From contig JBKBNH010000002.1 of the NCBI GenBank assembly GCA_046295395.1, positions 163,584 through 227,583 on the forward strand: DNA of 64,000 bases, written 5' to 3'. This document shows, one piece after another, positions 19,306-28,866 of this stretch; position 1 is the stretch's first letter, and every line of letters begins with the position of its first letter. This DNA comes from Flavobacteriales bacterium. Lineage in GTDB: Bacteria; Bacteroidota; Bacteroidia; Flavobacteriales_D; JBKBNH01. Position numbers and translations under genes: made by a program. The notes below the pieces were generated by a model. It saw only the letters and a program-made list of their open reading frames with translations, ran no database searches and was not told the origin of the DNA.

Positions 19306-20846
19306 ATAAATTAAGATATAAATTAATAAGTAAACCCGGTATTTTTTTTATCGGGTTTGTTTTTACTTTAATTAGCTGCCACTCTTCCAAAAAGATAAGG
19401 ATAGCTTATAGCGAAAACGCTGCAAAATATGCGGATATAATTAATAAAGAGGAATTAAAAAACGTGGTTTATGAAATTTCTTCTGACGATTATGAAGGAA
19501 GAGAAACAGGAAAGCGCGGACAAAAAAAAGCAGCGGATTTTATAGCAGCATTTTATAAAAACAATCAATTTTCACACCCTAGTGGATTGTCCGGATTTTT
19601 TCATGAATATCCACTAGAGATTCACCAACCAACAAAAGTAAATTTGTGTTTAAATGATGAGGTATACCCTTTTTTCTCAGAGTTTTACTGTTTTGGAGAC
19701 TTAAAAGACACAACGTACCAATGGAATGAAATAATTTATGTTGGCTATGGAATAGAAGAGGACGCATATTCTGACTACAAAGAACTAAATATAAAAGGAA
19801 AAGTAGTAGTGATAAAAGAGGGTGTGCCTGATGGGGTGAATTTTAAAAATGATTGGGAAAACTGGAGGGTAAAGTATAAGCTCGCCCAGGAAAAAGAGGC
19901 CGCTGCTGTGTTTGTAGTAAAAGATAAGTTTTATGATAATGCAAATGTACTTTCGGCTTTATATACAAGTAATAAGGTAAAATTGCCAGAAAAGTTTAAA
20001 AAACCCACATTCTTTTCTATTCCCAATGTGTACATAAGTAAAAAGCTTTTCGAAGAATTTTTTAAAACAAAAGAAGTAACAACGGGCACAATTAGTAATA
20101 CAATAATAGAACTTATCGCCTCAACCAAAATAGAAACCCTAACAGCAGAAAACATAATTGCAACTATAGGAGGAACAGATCTAAAAGAGGAGGTGGTAGT
20201 TATTTCATCCCATTATGACCATATAGGTTTTGATGATTTTGGAAATGTGTGCAATGGAGCCGACGACAACGCTACAGGCACGTCGGCAACCATGCAAATA
20301 GCTAAAGCATTTAAAGAGGCAGAAAAAGCAGGAATAAAACCTAGAAGAACTCTCGTTTTTATTCATTTTTCAGGCGAAGAAAAGGGACTGTTAGGCTCAA
20401 CCTATTATGCTTCTTCGCCTTTATATAGTATGAATAAAACAACAGCCAATTTGAATATAGATATGGTTGGCCGAACAGATAACCAGCACACGAACCCAAA
20501 CTATGTTTACCTTATAGGCTCGGATAAAATAAGTTCTAATTTAGATAAGATATGTAAAGAAGTAAAAACAACGTATGAGTATAATCTAAACTTAGACTAT
20601 ACCTACAACAAGCCCAACGAACCCAATAGGTTTTATTATCGCTCAGACCATTACAACTTTGCTAAATTTGGTGTTCCAGCGGTGTTCTTTTTTACCGGTA
20701 TACACGAAGATTACCACAAACACACAGACACGGCAGAGAAAATAGATTACGATAAACTGGAAATTATTTCGAAATATGTTTTTACCGTTGCTTGGAACCT
20801 TGCTTATTCAAATGTTTCTTTGAGAAAAGACAACCTGGAAAAATAG
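19296..20846 (+). CDS. M28-family zinc aminopeptidase lipoprotein with a PA domain
   Basis: Lipobox LISC. M28 metal ligands HYDHIGFDD...NGADDNATG...FSGEEKGLLGS. Confidence 0.8.
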   Translation: MYINKLRYKLISKPGIFFIGFVFTLISCHSSKKIRIAYSENAAKYADIINKEELKNVVYEISSDDYEGRETGKRGQKKAADFIAAFYKNNQFSHPSGLSGFFHEYPLEIHQPTKVNLCLNDEVYPFFSEFYCFGDLKDTTYQWNEIIYVGYGIEEDAYSDYKELNIKGKVVVIKEGVPDGVNFKNDWENWRVKYKLAQEKEAAAVFVVKDKFYDNANVLSALYTSNKVKLPEKFKKPTFFSIPNVYISKKLFEEFFKTKEVTTGTISNTIIELIASTKIETLTAENIIATIGGTDLKEEVVVISSHYDHIGFDDFGNVCNGADDNATGTSATMQIAKAFKEAEKAGIKPRRTLVFIHFSGEEKGLLGSTYYASSPLYSMNKTTANLNIDMVGRTDNQHTNPNYVYLIGSDKISSNLDKICKEVKTTYEYNLNLDYTYNKPNEPNRFYYRSDHYNFAKFGVPAVFFFTGIHEDYHKHTDTAEKIDYDKLEIISKYVFTVAWNLAYSNVSLRKDNLEK

Positions 20847-20848
20847 AG

Positions 20849-22114
20849 CTATTCTTTTAACAGCAACTCTATAAAACGAATGGTTTCTTTAGTATAATCG
20901 GTGTAGTGTTTTCCGGTTCCCGGGCCAGTAAAACCCGTGTGAATTTTTCTGACGTTGCCTTTTTTGTCAATAAACATGGAGGTAGGAAAACTCATTACAT
21001 GGTTTAACTGAGGAAAAGCCGCCCCCGCCGAAGCCTTGCTCGCCCCCCCACCCACAACAAAATCATATTTCGCACCAGTAAACGAAATAAGATCGTTTAT
21101 TCGCTCCTTCTTCTTTTCTAAAGAATCAGGCAATTCAAAACCTACCCCCAATATTCGCAGCCCGGATTTGTGGTAGGTCTCGTGAAGCTCCGTATAAAAA
21201 CGAGTTTCGTCTAGGCAGTTAGGACACCACGAACCCAACAACTGAATAATAACCACTTTGTTTTCATATTCTTTCGAAGGAAAAACAAGACTATCCGCTC
21301 CCCCAACCCTTGGTAAAGCAAAATAAATATTGCGGTACTCAGGTTTTAGAAAGGTTAATTTATAAGGATTTTCGAGCTGGAAAAGATCATTTTTAAAAGC
21401 GTTCCACTTTATATGGTAATGATTGCCAGAATAAAAATTACCCCGAAGAGTGTCATTAATCATTTCAGCATCAAACATAAAAGCATGAGAGCCGTCAAAA
21501 GTGGATAAAAATATTTTATTACCACTCACGCCCCCCTCCAAATATCGATAATCTCCTGTTTTTGTTAAGAAAGTTCCTGAAATTTTATTACCCTCTTGAA
21601 AAAATTCCCCGATTGCTTTTTCGCTGCGGCAATTATAAGAACCATCCCCAAAAAAGACCTCATATTTTCCACTGAAATTAAAAGTATCGGCATTCTCGAC
21701 GCCCAATAAAATCCTCCCGGTTCTTTTACCGGAATATTGACCATAAACCGGAATAAAATAATCAACGCCTTTCTGCTTGTTAAGCCAACGACCATCTAAA
21801 GTTGTTTTTGAGCTAATGCGCAACCCTAACCAGGAATCAAATACCGCAATTTTGCAAAAAAGAGAATCGCCTCGCACCCAATATTGACTTCCTAATCGTT
21901 CATCTGCATTTAATAAAAACAGAGAATCAGACGTAAACTCAACATGAAAAGGTAAAATCACACTGTCGTTTAGAGGCATTTCCATTCGCCAAATACCCAC
22001 ACCAATTCTTGTAAAATCGATATCATTTTTTTCTTTGTTTTTCTTTGATAAACAAGATGTTAAAATAAAAACAACAATAATAAAAATACCCGAAAACCGT
22101 CCTAATATTTGCAT
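20849..22114 (-). CDS. TlpA/ResA-like thiol-disulfide oxidoreductase lipoprotein with an N-terminal extra domain
   Basis: Lipobox LTSC. Thioredoxin-fold active site WCPNC in VVIIQLLGSWCPNCLDE. Convergent with the peptidase gene across a 2-nt gap. Confidence 0.75.
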   Translation of the reverse strand: MQILGRFSGIFIIVVFILTSCLSKKNKEKNDIDFTRIGVGIWRMEMPLNDSVILPFHVEFTSDSLFLLNADERLGSQYWVRGDSLFCKIAVFDSWLGLRISSKTTLDGRWLNKQKGVDYFIPVYGQYSGKRTGRILLGVENADTFNFSGKYEVFFGDGSYNCRSEKAIGEFFQEGNKISGTFLTKTGDYRYLEGGVSGNKIFLSTFDGSHAFMFDAEMINDTLRGNFYSGNHYHIKWNAFKNDLFQLENPYKLTFLKPEYRNIYFALPRVGGADSLVFPSKEYENKVVIIQLLGSWCPNCLDETRFYTELHETYHKSGLRILGVGFELPDSLEKKKERINDLISFTGAKYDFVVGGGASKASAGAAFPQLNHVMSFPTSMFIDKKGNVRKIHTGFTGPGTGKHYTDYTKETIRFIELLLKE

Positions 22115-22204
22115 CTAACTCGTAAATTCGGGTGAAAATGTAATAAAAACTTGCATTATATTTTGACTATAATGCAACTATTTGTCGAAATTTAATGTCT
22201 TGAA

Positions 22205-22756
22205 ATGGCGGTGAACGAAAAATATAAGGACGACAAAGCTCTAGTTGAAGGCTGCGCAAAAGGCGAAAGGTTGGCACAACAAGAGTTGTTTAGTCGTTTT
22301 TCGGGAAAAATGCTCTCGGTTTGTAAGCGATATGCAGAAAATCAAGAAGAGGCAGAAGATATGTTGCAAGAAGGGTTTTTAAAAACATTTGTAAAAATAG
22401 AGTTCTTTAAAAACGAAGGGTCGCTAGAGGGGTGGATTAGAAGAATAATGGTTAATACAGCGTTGGATTTATTAAGAAAAAACAAAAACTTAAAAAACAA
22501 CGTTGACCTAGAAACCACCTATAACCTTTCTTCGAACCAGGAAAATGCCCTTCAAAGCTTAGGGGCGGAGGAGTTGATGAAAATGTTAAATGAAATGCCG
22601 GTGGGTTACAGAACTGTTTTTAACCTGTTTGTAATAGAAGGATACAGCCACAAAGAAATAGGAGAAATGCTGGAAATATCTGAAAACACGTCAAAATCAC
22701 AATTTTCGCGAGCCCGGGCACACTTAAAGAACCTTTTGGAAAAATATTACGTCTAG
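22205..22756 (+). CDS. ECF-type RNA polymerase sigma-70 factor
   Basis: Region 2 (QEGFLKTFVKI...WIRRIMVNTALDLLRK) and region 4 HTH (YRTVFNLFVIEGYSHKEIGEMLEISENTSKSQFSRARAHLK). Confidence 0.85.
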   Translation: MAVNEKYKDDKALVEGCAKGERLAQQELFSRFSGKMLSVCKRYAENQEEAEDMLQEGFLKTFVKIEFFKNEGSLEGWIRRIMVNTALDLLRKNKNLKNNVDLETTYNLSSNQENALQSLGAEELMKMLNEMPVGYRTVFNLFVIEGYSHKEIGEMLEISENTSKSQFSRARAHLKNLLEKYYV

Positions 22757-22763
22757 TAGTAAA

Positions 22764-23858
22764 ATGGAAAAATATTACGATATAGAAAATCTTTTTAAAG
22801 AGGCTCTTCAAAATCATGAAAGCCCTGTTAACCCCGATTTATGGGTCAACTTATCGAATTCTTTAAGCGCGGGAGCAACAACAACTTCTGCCGCAGGCGC
22901 AGTCGTTGCAAAATCGTCGTTGATTAAATCCATCATCATGGGAGTTTCGGCAACAGCCGCAGTGGCAACCTCCGCTTATTTTATCGCAACCTCTTTTGCA
23001 GAAAAATCAGCGAATCAGCCGAAGGAGGAAATAGCACAAACAATTTTACCGGAACAAAACACTCCAAACAAAGAGGAAAATATAGCTGAAACAGAAAAAA
23101 TTGAGGAAAACAAAACACAAAAAAATCAGGAAAATAACCCCCTTTTAACGGGCTATCAACCAACTCATAAATCGGCCGCAGAATCTTTTAGCACGCCAAA
23201 ACACAAAAGAGATTTTGGCTACACGCCAAGCAGATTGCCGGATAAAAAACCAGATACCGCCCCTTCTGCAAAAGAAAGCCCAAAGCAGGAAAACGAAAAG
23301 CCACAAACAGAAGCCCAAGCCAACGAAAAGCCGGCCTTACCAAAATCGGTAGACATACACATAAGCAAAAACAAACCGGACGCTTTTGAAGAGGTTGTTA
23401 TAAAAAGTAGCCTGCCACAGGCTGAAAATACGTGGTCCTTGCCTGATGGAACCATAAAAATCGGCCCGGAACTAACCGTTTCCTTCGAAAAATATGGAGC
23501 AAATAAAATACAGCTTATTTCGACTCTTGAAAACGGTGAAGAACTAAACCAAACACGAATTATTCAGGTAAATCCAATATCCTCGATAGGAGAATTGCCC
23601 AATATCATTACGCCAAATAACGATGGCATAAATGATGAATATGTTGTAAGAATATACAATATTCAAGAATGGAGCTTGGTTGTTTTAAACACAAACGGAG
23701 CCGAAACGTTTAAGTCTTTCGATATTAACGATACGTGGAAAGGAACAGACCAAGCCGGAAACAGGCTGCCAATAGGATCATACCAGATAATAATCAAAGC
23801 CATAGGCACTGACGGTAAAATACATAAAGCTTACCAGATAGTTAAGCTCACGTATTAA
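22764..23858 (+). CDS. Anti-sigma-like membrane protein with a C-terminal CHU_C / T9SS type-B domain
   Basis: 8 nt downstream of the ECF sigma gene. About 50-aa cytoplasmic N-terminus. One TM segment (IIMGVSATAAVATSAYFIATSF). A P/E/K/Q-rich linker. C-terminal PNIITPNNDGINDEYVVRIYNIQEWSLVVLNTNG...GSYQIIIKA, matching the gliding-motility-associated C-terminal domain. Confidence 0.55.
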   Translation: MEKYYDIENLFKEALQNHESPVNPDLWVNLSNSLSAGATTTSAAGAVVAKSSLIKSIIMGVSATAAVATSAYFIATSFAEKSANQPKEEIAQTILPEQNTPNKEENIAETEKIEENKTQKNQENNPLLTGYQPTHKSAAESFSTPKHKRDFGYTPSRLPDKKPDTAPSAKESPKQENEKPQTEAQANEKPALPKSVDIHISKNKPDAFEEVVIKSSLPQAENTWSLPDGTIKIGPELTVSFEKYGANKIQLISTLENGEELNQTRIIQVNPISSIGELPNIITPNNDGINDEYVVRIYNIQEWSLVVLNTNGAETFKSFDINDTWKGTDQAGNRLPIGSYQIIIKAIGTDGKIHKAYQIVKLTY

Positions 23859-23861
23859 TTT

Positions 23862-24989
23862 TTAAGGCTTTTGATTAAAACCCAATAGGCGTATCATTTT
23901 TTGGTGTACTGTTGTGTTGTCCATAATACCACTAAACTGTTCAGATCCCGGGCCGTAAGCAAATATAGGAACCATTACCCCGGTGTGGTAATCAGTTGTA
24001 AAAGCGGGCTTAATAATTCCGGTCTCTAAACTACCCTCATTAATAGCATACCCCCCGGTTTCGTGGTCGGCTACAACCAACACAAGGGTATTTCCATCCT
24101 TTTCTGCAAAATCCAAAGCCTTTCCAATAGCTTTATCAAAATCTATAAGCTCAGTAATGATATACTCTGAACGATTGTCGTGACCTCCCCAGTCTATTTG
24201 AGAGCCTTCAATCATAATGAAAAACCCCCCCTCATTCTTATGGTTTAAATTTTTAAGCGCAACATCTGTGGCTTGCGGTAAAAAATCGCCCCTACCATCT
24301 ATTATAGAAGGTTGGTGCTTGTTGTGCGCCATGAACATTAGTTTTTCTGAAAAAACCCAATCTCCCGGTTGACTAAGGCTGTCAATCATCACATATCCTT
24401 TTTCTTTCAGCTCTTTAATTAAATTTCTTTGATCTCTACGCTTGTAAAAATGCTCTTTTCCCCCCGCCATCAATAAATTAACTCCCGACTCTAAAAACTG
24501 TAATGCCAAAGATTCATCAACAAAATTTCTTCTGTTTTGATGACCGTAAAAAGCAGCCGGAGTGGCATGGGTAAATGAACAAGTGGCGATAATCCCGGTT
24601 TTAAAACGATTCTCTACCGCATACTCCAGAATTGTCTTCAGGTCGCTACTGTCAACAGGAGATTGAGAAAGCATGCCGTTTCTCGTTTTTTTACCTGTAG
24701 CATAAGCTGTTGCCCCCGCAGCAGAGTCGGTTATCATGTCATCGTAAGCATGAGTGGTTACCAACCCCGTAACAGGAAAACGACCATAATTTAAAACCCC
24801 GCCATTAGCATACCATCCTGCCGTTATGTGTGTTAAACCCGTACCATCGGCAATCATCAAAATAATATTTTTCGGGGTTTTTACACCCTCCTTTTGAGGG
24901 GCAGGTTCTTTAACGGCTGAGCCAGAACAACTCATTAACAATAGACATCCCCAAATAAAACCGCTGTGTGTTTTCATAAAAACTGACAT
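23862..24989 (-). CDS. Alkaline phosphatase (PhoA family)
   Basis: NIILMIADGTGLTH...DSAAGATAYATGKKT, the active-site Ser motif. Signal peptide. Confidence 0.85.
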   Translation of the reverse strand: MSVFMKTHSGFIWGCLLLMSCSGSAVKEPAPQKEGVKTPKNIILMIADGTGLTHITAGWYANGGVLNYGRFPVTGLVTTHAYDDMITDSAAGATAYATGKKTRNGMLSQSPVDSSDLKTILEYAVENRFKTGIIATCSFTHATPAAFYGHQNRRNFVDESLALQFLESGVNLLMAGGKEHFYKRRDQRNLIKELKEKGYVMIDSLSQPGDWVFSEKLMFMAHNKHQPSIIDGRGDFLPQATDVALKNLNHKNEGGFFIMIEGSQIDWGGHDNRSEYIITELIDFDKAIGKALDFAEKDGNTLVLVVADHETGGYAINEGSLETGIIKPAFTTDYHTGVMVPIFAYGPGSEQFSGIMDNTTVHQKMIRLLGFNQKP

Positions 24990-25052
24990 TTCAGCAAAGT
25001 TAGCTTAATCATAAGAGAATAGAAAAAACAAAATTTCACCTGTTAATTTTTC

Positions 25053-25060
25053 TACTTTTG
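25053..25060 (+). promoter_or_regulatory. Candidate Bacteroidota -7 promoter element (TAnnTTTG) upstream of the MscS gene
   Basis: TACTTTTG is an exact match to the Bacteroidota sigma-A -7 consensus, about 27 nt upstream of the ATG. No clear -33 TTTG. Confidence 0.25.
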
Positions 25061-25086
25061 CTGACGGAATTAAAAAACAAAAAACC

Positions 25087-25899
25087 ATGAATGAAGAATT
25101 GGTGGATAAGCTGCTTCACTATGCTGAGATTTACGGAATGAACCTGCTTACAGCGTTAGTCACACTACTTGTCGGGCTTTATGTGATAAAACTCATAAAA
25201 AGAGGAATCGATTCTTTATTACAAAAGAGAAACATCGACACTTCTTTAAGGCCATTTTTGGTTGGTATTCTAGACGTGGCCCTTAAACTTATGCTTATTG
25301 TTGCTGTAATAGGTATGGTGGGCGTTCAAACGAGCTCATTTTTAGCCCTTCTGGGCGCGGCGGGTATAGCTGTGGGTATGGCTTTATCAGGCACTTTACA
25401 AAACTTCGCCGGAGGCGTTGTACTTTTAATCCTTAAACCATTTAAGGCAGGAGATTTTATTGAAGCACAGGGCTTTACCGGAAGAATAAGTGAAATCAGA
25501 ATTTTTAATACAATCTTAAAAACAACAGATAATAAAACAGTAATTATCCCAAACGGAGCCCTATCAAATGGCTCTATAATTAATTACACCATGGAAGAAA
25601 CCAGAAGGGTTGATTTTACAGTAGGAATTAGCTACGACTCAGACATGGATAAAGCAAAAACACTGGTAAATGAACTGATTAATAAAAACAAACTCATTTT
25701 AAGAGAACCCGAGCCATTTGTTGATATTATCAGCCTGAATAACAGTTCTGTAGATATTGTAATGAGAGTTTGGACAAAAACAGAAGACTATTGGAAAGTG
25801 TATTTCTACCTACCGCAAAACATCAAAAAAAGTTTCGATGCAAATGGTATAGAAATACCATTTCCGCACACTCAAGTAATAATGAAAAACAGAAACTAA
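25087..25899 (+). CDS. Small-conductance mechanosensitive channel (MscS family)
   Basis: Three TM helices, then the MscS beta-domain motif GDFIEAQGFTGRISEIRIFNTILKTTDNKTVIIPNG. Confidence 0.85.
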   Translation: MNEELVDKLLHYAEIYGMNLLTALVTLLVGLYVIKLIKRGIDSLLQKRNIDTSLRPFLVGILDVALKLMLIVAVIGMVGVQTSSFLALLGAAGIAVGMALSGTLQNFAGGVVLLILKPFKAGDFIEAQGFTGRISEIRIFNTILKTTDNKTVIIPNGALSNGSIINYTMEETRRVDFTVGISYDSDMDKAKTLVNELINKNKLILREPEPFVDIISLNNSSVDIVMRVWTKTEDYWKVYFYLPQNIKKSFDANGIEIPFPHTQVIMKNRN

Positions 25900-25906
25900 C
25901 AAAAAA

Positions 25907-26893
25907 ATGAAAAAAGTATACTTTGTCTTCTTGGCGGCAATTTCCACTTTTAATATATACGCACAGGTAAACCCTTTAACCGAAAAAGAAAAAGAAGAAC
26001 TAGAAAAAAAACTACAAGCACAAGCGTTGATAAATGACTCGCTTGTTTGGAAAAAAGGCGGGCTGTTGGGGTTAAACTTTTCTCAAGTACAATTGGTTAA
26101 TTGGGCTGGAGGAGGAAACAGTACAATGGCTGCGACAGGAATTTTAAACTTATATGCAGGCTATAAGAAAAACAACACAACATGGGACAGTTCGCTCGAC
26201 ATGGCATATGGACTTATTAGCCAAAACAACGCCCCCTTTTTTAAGAGTGACGATCGAATAGAGATTAACTCAAAATATGGCCATAAAGCCTCTGAAAAAC
26301 TATATTATGCAGGACTTTTTAACCTTAGAACACAGTTCGCCCCGGGATATAATACACCAGCCGACACAGTATTCATTTCAAATTTTCTAGTCCCGGCATT
26401 TTCAATTCTGGCTCTTGGCTTTGACTATAAACCAACCAAGCACCTAACGTTTTTCTTGTCTCCGGCAACCATTAAAACAACGGTAGTAAATGACCAAAGA
26501 TTAGCAGATGCCGGAGCATTTGGTGTTCAAAAAGCAGAGATTGACTCGTTTGGAGTAAAAATAGTTGACGGAAAAAAAATCAGACATGAAGCTGGGGCTT
26601 TTTTCAAAATGATGTACAAGAAAGAGGATATAGTTAAGAATGTTAATTTAATGACAAGAATAGACTTGTTTTCTAATTATTTCAACAATCCGCAAAATAT
26701 TGATGTCAATTGGGAGCTTTTAATTTCTATGAAAGTCAATAAATATTTATCAGCGAGTATTTCAACGCTATTAATTTACGATGATGATATACAGATTGCC
26801 GTTGACACAAACAACGACGGAATTCTTGATGGATCAGGCCCTCGCATACAATTTCGAGAGGTTTTGTCTATAGGTCTTTCTTATAAATTCTGA
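25907..26893 (+). CDS. DUF3078-like outer-membrane beta-barrel protein
   Basis: Signal peptide, then W.KGGLLGLNFSQVQLVNWAGGGNS, which I recall as the DUF3078 opening. C-terminal F. Confidence 0.5.
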   Translation: MKKVYFVFLAAISTFNIYAQVNPLTEKEKEELEKKLQAQALINDSLVWKKGGLLGLNFSQVQLVNWAGGGNSTMAATGILNLYAGYKKNNTTWDSSLDMAYGLISQNNAPFFKSDDRIEINSKYGHKASEKLYYAGLFNLRTQFAPGYNTPADTVFISNFLVPAFSILALGFDYKPTKHLTFFLSPATIKTTVVNDQRLADAGAFGVQKAEIDSFGVKIVDGKKIRHEAGAFFKMMYKKEDIVKNVNLMTRIDLFSNYFNNPQNIDVNWELLISMKVNKYLSASISTLLIYDDDIQIAVDTNNDGILDGSGPRIQFREVLSIGLSYKF

Positions 26894-26976
26894 TACAGAA
26901 ATTGATTTAGAGGAAATGCAGCGCATTGTGCCGCATTTTATTTACTTTAGCTGCTTAAATTACTGAGGGTAAAAAC

Positions 26977-27330
26977 TTGAAAATTCTCAAAGCGATATTA
27001 ATAATTTTTTCATTGTTTCTGTTTTCTGAAGCAAACGCCCAGTACAGAGATCCGTCAAAAAATAAAGCAAAAAAAGAAAAAAACCGGCAGGGCTCTCCAG
27101 TTTCTTTCAGAAAGAAAAATGCAGAACGAGCACTCCAAGCAGAATCAGACCCCTTTAAAAGCAAAAAACGAAAATCGAACAAGGATAAAACAAAAGAATC
27201 AGACCCTTTTAAATCTGGAGGAAAAAGAAAGAAGAAAAAGGAAAAAAAATATAAGAACTCATCAAAAGTTAGAAAAACACAAAAAACAAAAGACCCCTTT
27301 AAAAAACCTAAAAAAAACCAAAAAGGATAA
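26977..27330 (+). CDS. Secreted, very basic Lys-rich low-complexity protein with DPFK repeats
   Basis: Signal peptide MKILKAILIIFSLFLFSEANAQ. The mature region is about 45% Lys/Arg, with DPFKS twice and DPFKK once. The DNA shows a gaccc(c)ttttaaa repeat. Confidence 0.45.
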   Translation: MKILKAILIIFSLFLFSEANAQYRDPSKNKAKKEKNRQGSPVSFRKKNAERALQAESDPFKSKKRKSNKDKTKESDPFKSGGKRKKKKEKKYKNSSKVRKTQKTKDPFKKPKKNQKG

Positions 27331-27430
27331 CTTTGTAAAAAATGTATTTGGCACGATTTTTAGCCGAACGTGCTTCAAAAGCAAAATAATTCATAAATTG
27401 CGTAACTTCAGAAGGAAAACAAAAGTATAA

Positions 27431-27955
27431 GTGACCTGTTTAAACAAAATATTGGTTTTAGTCCTATCCTTTGTGGTATTTAACACACGAGGGCAGCAGG
27501 ATTTTAAAACGAATAATAATCTTAAAGCAATTTATGTATACAATTTTACCACACTGGTTGATTGGCCTAAAGAATTTAAGCAAAACGATTTTGTGATAGG
27601 GGTGCTTGGCGATCAGGGTTTAGTGGATGTTTTGACACAAAAATATTCATCAAAAAATGTAGGCGCACAGCCTATAAAAATCAAAGCATACAAAAACGAG
27701 ACAGAAGTTGATCAGTGTCATATCTTGTTTATTGCCAACAGCCAGTCGGCAACCGTAACGAGGCTTTCAAAAAAACTGACCAAATACAGCACACTTATAG
27801 TAGCGGAGTCTGCAGGGGCACTAGAATCAGGGGCTTGTATTAATTTTACAGCAAAAGATAATAAATTAGCGTACGAATTGAGTAAATCAAACACAGAACG
27901 AATCAAATTAATATTGGGCAAAACCATATTAGAATTGGCGGTAAAAGTTAGTTAA
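27431..27955 (+). CDS. YfiR-like periplasmic regulator (DUF4154)
   Basis: GTG start plus a signal peptide. LKAIYVYNFTTLVDWP...CHILFI...LIVAESAGALESGACINF, which matches the YfiR pattern (LKAAFLYNFAKF.EWP ... INF). Confidence 0.65.
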   Translation: MTCLNKILVLVLSFVVFNTRGQQDFKTNNNLKAIYVYNFTTLVDWPKEFKQNDFVIGVLGDQGLVDVLTQKYSSKNVGAQPIKIKAYKNETEVDQCHILFIANSQSATVTRLSKKLTKYSTLIVAESAGALESGACINFTAKDNKLAYELSKSNTERIKLILGKTILELAVKVS

Positions 27956-28854
27956 TGAGCAAAAAGCTTTACATAGCGATCATATTTTGTTTACTGATGG
28001 TTTCAGGAGCTTATGCACAGTCTAAAAACTGGGAAAAAGCACTTAAGGCATATCAGGAAGAAAACTTTGATGACGCCATAAAGTTCAGTGATAATTCTAT
28101 TATGGATGATGCTGAAAGTAAAGACGCTTACACTTGGCATGTTCGTGGATTTATTTACAGAGCCGCACACAAAAAACTTGATGACAGCAGCCCAGCCTCT
28201 AAACTAAGAGAAACATCGATAGAATCCTTTCTCAAAAGTATTGAGCTTGATTCGAATAAAGAATTTGAAATTAAGAACAAAAGCGCAGTAATTAATTTAG
28301 CAAAAACCTATTTTAATGACGCCGTAAGAGCATTAAGCGCTGAAACTTTTGAAGACGCTATTGAATATTATGCCAAATACAAGGACGTTACCCGCCGGGT
28401 AGAGCCTGATTTCAGCTTTAAACAAACCGATATAGACTTTAACAACACCCTTGGCGCAGTATACCAAAACATATATGAAAATGATAAGGGCGCAAACCAA
28501 AATTTTATGCAAAAAGCCATTGATGTATATAAGACCACTATAGAAATAGACTCGCTTAACTATAATGCGAACTACAATATAGGGGTTTTATATTACAATC
28601 AGGGTGTAGATTTAATTTTGTCTATTGACCCGGAAGCACCACTTCCTATTGTAATAGAAACTCAAGAAATGTGTGCAGAGTTATTTATACGGTCTTTACC
28701 ATATATGAAAAGAGCGTATAATTTAAAACCAACAAATAGAGAAACCATCATTGGTCTTGCGGGCATTTATTTTAACTTGAATGATAACGAAAAGTCTAAA
28801 TTTTTTAGCGACCTTTTGAAGGAGGTAGAAGATAACGACTCACCAAACAGATAG
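27955..28854 (+). CDS. Secreted hypothetical protein (possibly helical, TPR-like)
   Basis: Signal peptide MSKKLYIAIIFCLLMVSGAYAQ. 1-nt overlap with the upstream gene. No confident family. Confidence 0.5.
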   Translation: MSKKLYIAIIFCLLMVSGAYAQSKNWEKALKAYQEENFDDAIKFSDNSIMDDAESKDAYTWHVRGFIYRAAHKKLDDSSPASKLRETSIESFLKSIELDSNKEFEIKNKSAVINLAKTYFNDAVRALSAETFEDAIEYYAKYKDVTRRVEPDFSFKQTDIDFNNTLGAVYQNIYENDKGANQNFMQKAIDVYKTTIEIDSLNYNANYNIGVLYYNQGVDLILSIDPEAPLPIVIETQEMCAELFIRSLPYMKRAYNLKPTNRETIIGLAGIYFNLNDNEKSKFFSDLLKEVEDNDSPNR

Positions 28855-28866
28855 GAAAAAAACAAA

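Noticed and set aside
27119-27430. Second Lys-rich ORF overlapping the DPFK-repeat gene in another frame
   Set aside because: Any frame of this A-rich tract yields poly-Lys. The frame with the signal peptide and the DPFK repeats (26977..27330) is the plausible one.
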